In this document: one piece after another, positions 59,726-64,000 of the stretch
Position numbering within the stretch: the first letter of the stretch is position 1
Layout: every line of letters begins with the position of its first letter
NCBI GenBank assembly: GCA_046483495.1
Contig: JAWODC010000018.1
Span: forward strand, 1-64,000
DNA: 64,000 nt
Reading direction: 5' to 3'
Source of the DNA: Desulfobacterales bacterium
GTDB taxonomy: Bacteria; Desulfobacterota; Desulfobacteria; Desulfobacterales; UBA5616
Notes under the pieces: generated by a model
Told to the model about the DNA's origin: nothing
The model's database searches: none
The model's input: only the letters and a program-made list of their open reading frames with translations
Position numbers and translations under genes: made by a program

Positions 59726-60685
59726 TTAATGTGCGTTCGTGTAGTGTTTTTTCAGCATGTCCCCACCCCAGTCGTTTTTGAAATCCCGCCAGACGCTGTG
59801 GATATGGTTGGCATTATTCTGGGTGTTGTCGTACTCCATCAAAAATCCCGGGCCATGAACCCTGTAATAATGAGGTCTATTCCGTTCTGTTGACCCGGCC
59901 CATGCAAAATGTATATGCGCCCGTCCTTCCTTTTCGATTTGGTTCAAATAAGCATCTTCCACATCCCTGGGCATCCGGCCTGTATACGTGGCGATCAGGT
60001 CCATTAAATGAATTTCCTGATCGTCCGCCATTTCCGATACGGCTAAGCCGACAGGTTCGTCAATTTTCACGCGTTTTTCTGTTTGCGTTACGATATCTGC
60101 CGGGGCTTGGGACGCGATCACCGCCCGCTGCTGCTGGGTTTCGCTAAGCGAAGCAAGCAGTCGGCGGGCTTTGTCTTCCTCGTCGGCAAGCACACGCAGG
60201 CCGGAAAGGGGGCCCTGAATAACGGTGGCGGGATTGGCGCCGAAAAAGTTCGGAGTGGCTGCAATTCCCTGCGCTTTGGATATCACTAAATTCAAAGACA
60301 AGTGGTGGCCTTCCACCCGAAGCGCCCAAGGCAGTTCACCGGAAGGTTCTCCGAACAAGCAGATGTAATATTCAAGCGGATCGCGAACATGTGGAACGTT
60401 TTTACCCTCTGACTCTGCCAATGTCTTTTCCAAACTCATAATGGCCAGAGCCTTGATGTTGCCGATAAGGCTCAGTCCACTTGCAATCAAGGCGTATGCG
60501 AACTGCTGTTGGGCGCCGTCCATGTCCTTCAGCGCAAGCCCTGCTCGATTTCGCGGCCTGTAATCCCAGTCGAAGCGCTCTTTACTGTCGAAGGAAAAAG
60601 AAAGCGTTTTCCGCTGTTCAGGCGTGAATGACGACAGAAATCGGCCGGCTGCATCGGTTATGTCGTTTTCCGGTTTGATATTCAT
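59726..60685 (-). CDS. DUF3500 domain protein
   Basis: WDYRP...GL, VEGHHLSLN, PNFFGANP, HYYRVHGP..LMEYDNTQNNANHIHSVWRD. Confidence 0.85.
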   Translation of the reverse strand: MNIKPENDITDAAGRFLSSFTPEQRKTLSFSFDSKERFDWDYRPRNRAGLALKDMDGAQQQFAYALIASGLSLIGNIKALAIMSLEKTLAESEGKNVPHVRDPLEYYICLFGEPSGELPWALRVEGHHLSLNLVISKAQGIAATPNFFGANPATVIQGPLSGLRVLADEEDKARRLLASLSETQQQRAVIASQAPADIVTQTEKRVKIDEPVGLAVSEMADDQEIHLMDLIATYTGRMPRDVEDAYLNQIEKEGRAHIHFAWAGSTERNRPHYYRVHGPGFLMEYDNTQNNANHIHSVWRDFKNDWGGDMLKKHYTNAH

Positions 60686-60947
60686 GGCCTCGTCCCTCCA
60701 ATCATAGTGATTCATTTTCAGTGTTATGATATCATTTTCGATGAAGCACCTGTCGGCTATGGGGTCAATCCTTTATTCTTTCAGCGGCCAACCGGTGGTT
60801 TTCGGCTTTTACTCGGTTGCGGGTTCATTTGTTTGAATGCGATCAAGTTTCTTGATTATTATACCCTGTTTAGGATAAATTTGAATTTGGTAAATCCGGT
60901 CGACGCCTTTCAACGTATAAACCATTTTTCCGTGATGGAGGTGATGT

Positions 60948-61841
60948 ATGCCCAGCAAAGCGTTGGAGCAGGTAATCGAATTGTTACGGTCCATTCCGCC
61001 AAGAGAAGAAATGGATATCGTACAGATGCGGACCGATATGGAAAACGCGGCGCTCTTACAGACGATACCCGAAGGTATCGTTTTTTCGCCCGTCGATGCA
61101 GCTGATGTACCCGCCGAATGGATTATACCCGAAGACGCTCTCTCGGATCCGGTGATTTTGTACCTTCACGGCGGCGGTTATGTCATGGGCTCTATCAACA
61201 CGCACAGGGCCATGGTTGCCCGCATTGCTGCAGCATCGAAATGCCGCGCCCTGCTGATCGATTACAGGCTGGCGCCGGAAAATCCCTTTCCGGCGGCTGT
61301 GGAGGATGCGACAAGCGCCTACAGGTGGCTTGTCAACGATCTTACCATCTCGCCCGAAAGCATTGCCTTTGCCGGAGATTCCGCCGGCGGCGGCCTTGCC
61401 CTGAGCACGGTGATGAACTTAAAGGAGAGCAGCATTGCTTTGCCGGCGGCCATCGTATGCATCTCCGCCTGGGCGGACCTTGCAATGACCGGCGAATCCT
61501 TGGATTCAAAGGCCGAGATCGATCCAATGGTTAAACGTGAAGGGGCGGCGGAAATGGCAAAGGTGTATTTGGCGGGTGCAGATCCCCGAACCCCGCTGGC
61601 GTCCCCACTGTATGGAGACTTTTCAGGTTTTCCTCCCATGCTCATCCAGGTCGGTACGGCGGAAGTGTTGTTGGATGACAGCGTTCGCCTTGCCGATAAA
61701 GCGAAAAAAGCCGGCGTAGACGTGGCATTCAATCCCTGGCCGGACATGATCCACGTCTGGCATGCGTTTGCCGATATTTTACCGGAGGCAAAAGAGGCGA
61801 TCAAGGCCATAGGCGACTATATTTCCAACCGTCTAAAATGA
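60948..61841 (+). CDS. HSL-family alpha/beta hydrolase (esterase/lipase)
   Basis: HGGGY, DYRLAPE, GDSAGG, E..LDD, HVW. Confidence 0.93.
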   Translation: MPSKALEQVIELLRSIPPREEMDIVQMRTDMENAALLQTIPEGIVFSPVDAADVPAEWIIPEDALSDPVILYLHGGGYVMGSINTHRAMVARIAAASKCRALLIDYRLAPENPFPAAVEDATSAYRWLVNDLTISPESIAFAGDSAGGGLALSTVMNLKESSIALPAAIVCISAWADLAMTGESLDSKAEIDPMVKREGAAEMAKVYLAGADPRTPLASPLYGDFSGFPPMLIQVGTAEVLLDDSVRLADKAKKAGVDVAFNPWPDMIHVWHAFADILPEAKEAIKAIGDYISNRLK

Positions 61842-61870
61842 TGCACTACAACCAAACAGGAGGAACAGGT

Positions 61871-62245
61871 ATGGCGGAGAAGCGCGAAGTGTACAAATGC
61901 GAAGTGTGCGGCAATATCGTCGAGGTGCTGCATGGTGGAAAAGGTGAGCTGGTTTGTTGCGGTCAGCCCATGAAGCTGATGGTTGAGAACACCGTGGATG
62001 CAGCCAGGGAAAAGCATGTCCCTGTCGTGGAAAAAACCACGGACGGTTTCAAGGTCAAAGTGGGAAGCGTGCCCCATCCAATGGAGGAGAAGCATTTTAT
62101 CGAATGGGTGGAAATCATGGCGGATGGCGCCGCTTACCGGTATTTTTTAAAACCCGGCGATGACCCGGAAGTAGCTTTCAAGATTTCAGCTGACCGGGTA
62201 ACGGCTCGGGAATACTGCAATGTTCATGGGCTATGGAAGGCCTGA
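61871..62245 (+). CDS. dfx: Desulfoferrodoxin (2Fe superoxide reductase)
   Basis: YKCEVCGN...LVCCGQPM (center I); [24 protein letters not shown] (center II). Confidence 0.95.
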   Translation: MAEKREVYKCEVCGNIVEVLHGGKGELVCCGQPMKLMVENTVDAAREKHVPVVEKTTDGFKVKVGSVPHPMEEKHFIEWVEIMADGAAYRYFLKPGDDPEVAFKISADRVTAREYCNVHGLWKA

Positions 62246-62325
62246 AAAACCTCAACCCCCGGCTGACCCAATGCCGGGGGTCCCTCCATTTACGATATTC
62301 CGCATCCATTTCGTTTCCTTCGGGC

Positions 62326-64000
62326 TTACTCCTTGTATTTGAAATCATCCGAAGCGTATACGACCTCGTCATTGATGATGGTGGCCATTATATTTATGTC
62401 TTTGATTGCTTTAGGATCTACAGTAAGTGGATTCTTGTCGAGAATGACGAAATCGGCCAGCTTTTTTTCCGTTATCGTGCCCTTGAAATCCTCTTCATAC
62501 CCCTGGTAAGCCGCGTCAATGGTAACCCCTTTAAGGGCATTGTAAACATCGATGCGTTGATCGGCTTTCGGATCTTTGCTGCTGATCAGGTTCCCGCCGG
62601 ACGAAATCCGGTTTACAGCGGACCAGACCGAAAGCAGCGGCGATATGGGAGTTACCGGTGTGTCGTTGTGATGGGTGAAGCGGATGCCTCGGTCAAGCGC
62701 CGATCGGCAGGGGTTCATCCTCAGGGCCCGTTCGGGCCCCAGAAAGATATCCCGGTGACGGTCTCCCCAATAATAGGCATGGGAGACAAAGAAAGAGGGA
62801 ATGATCCCCAGTGCGGCCACTCTGTCCAGTTGATCTTCCCGTACCGTCTGGCAGTGAATGATGATGGGACGAACGTCTTTCCTGCCTGTGTCTTTTTGGG
62901 CCGATTCAATTGCATCGATGATATCCTCTATCGCCTGATCCCCGTTCCCGTGAACGGCGACCTGCCATCCGGCGCGGTAGAGATCGATTACCCGCTCGGC
63001 CAGATCTTCTTTTGTATACCATGGATAGGCCACCCAATCTTTCTTGCCTTCCGGCTGAATAAAATAGGGTTTGCTGAGGTAGCCGGTGTATCCCTGGATC
63101 GACCCGTCTCCGATCAGCTTCCCGGCACCCATTGTTATCATCCTTGCCCCGCCGGTCAGATCCGATCCGGAGGTGTGATCTTCTTTCCACAAAGGCGCAA
63201 ATTCTATACCGCTGTAAACGCCGACATATGGCAGAACGACTACGCGATTCTTCAATACACCCTGATCGACGGCTTTTTGAAATAAGGGGATGTCTCCGGG
63301 TTGCCCGGGGCCGAGCGTTGGGATGGCGGCACCGTCCTGGGCCGTGGTGACCCCGGCTTTTACGTAAATTTCCGATGCTCTGCCGATGCCGTCAATTTTC
63401 TGGGATTCTGAAAGCGGTGGGATTCGCCCCGAGATCAGTCCCATTGCGGATTCTTTTAAAAGGCCCGTAGGTTGACCGTCGGCCGCCAAAATAATTTCTC
63501 CGCCGGGCGGGGGCGTGGTGGTGCCGGTGATGCCGGCGATTGCGAGTGCCTTGGAATTTGCGACAGCCATGTGTCCGGATATATGTTCGATGTAGACGGG
63601 ATGATTCCCGATCACCCTGTCTAAGTCCGCCTTCCCGGGGTGCCGTTTTTCCGCCAGCAGCGTATCGTCATAGCCGAATCCTTTTATCCAGGCCTCCTCT
63701 TCCATGGATTTCGCTTTGCGATTCAGTGCGGCGATCAATGCCTCCATGGTGTGGATTCGACCGATGGGTGGGCTGTTCAGGTCGACATAAAACAGGTCAT
63801 TGTAACCGGCATTGGGGAAATGGCCGTGTGGATCTATAAATCCGGGCAGCATGGTCATGCCGCCCAGATCGATTCTTCGGGTTCGAGAATCCGCCCGGGA
63901 GCTCACTTCGGATGTTTTCCCAACCGATATAATCCTGCCGTCTTTGGTGAGGACCGCCTCTACCATTTGGTCCTCATCGTCCATCGTGATGATCGTACCC
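62326..64000 (-). CDS. YtcJ-like amidohydrolase (Amidohydro_3); 5' end probably outside the window
   Basis: PGFIDPHGH, SGH...NSKAL, DGSIQG, VHGNGD, IHCQ, HNDTPV, KLADFVILD. Confidence 0.9.
   Translation of the reverse strand, partial: GTIITMDDEDQMVEAVLTKDGRIISVGKTSEVSSRADSRTRRIDLGGMTMLPGFIDPHGHFPNAGYNDLFYVDLNSPPIGRIHTMEALIAALNRKAKSMEEEAWIKGFGYDDTLLAEKRHPGKADLDRVIGNHPVYIEHISGHMAVANSKALAIAGITGTTTPPPGGEIILAADGQPTGLLKESAMGLISGRIPPLSESQKIDGIGRASEIYVKAGVTTAQDGAAIPTLGPGQPGDIPLFQKAVDQGVLKNRVVVLPYVGVYSGIEFAPLWKEDHTSGSDLTGGARMITMGAGKLIGDGSIQGYTGYLSKPYFIQPEGKKDWVAYPWYTKEDLAERVIDLYRAGWQVAVHGNGDQAIEDIIDAIESAQKDTGRKDVRPIIIHCQTVREDQLDRVAALGIIPSFFVSHAYYWGDRHRDIFLGPERALRMNPCRSALDRGIRFTHHNDTPVTPISPLLSVWSAVNRISSGGNLISSKDPKADQRIDVYNALKGVTIDAAYQGYEEDFKGTITEKKLADFVILDKNPLTVDPKAIKDINIMATIINDEVVYASDDFKYKE

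Noticed and set aside
62233..63285. 350-aa plus-strand ORF
   Set aside because: Antisense to the well-supported amidohydrolase; no recognisable motifs. The same applies to 57724-58692, 33946-34686 and 35848-36489.

Overview
Gene-dense bacterial chromosomal window, probably from an anaerobic Desulfobacterota-like organism. This is inferred from desulfoferrodoxin, an iron-sulfur flavoprotein and general gene style, not from a marker gene. Main content: two AbrB/VapC toxin-antitoxin pairs; a ~15 kb Wzx/Wzy polysaccharide cluster (tagD/tagF-like genes, AT-rich core, YjbH/GfcD-like and SLBB export genes); a frameshifted ATP-dependent DNA ligase; an exonuclease-RecQ-like gene that diverges before its DEAH box; transporters; and acyl-CoA/redox enzymes. 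Most notable: (1) an intact RAYT (HUH/Y1) transposase bounded by 17-bp hairpin-forming inverted ends, plus four co-oriented internally deleted derivatives that keep pieces of the transposase gene, three of which partition 29.3-36.6 kb into gene blocks; (2) inside one block, an exported 9-aa Arg-Pro repeat protein next to an exported UPF0489 (peptide-arginase-like)-TPR protein, a candidate peptide-modification system; (3) a second family of ~145-bp palindromic elements whose stems differ in sequence but keep their pairing; (4) a variant c-di-GMP-I (GEMM) riboswitch. All calls were made by eye; no searches were run.
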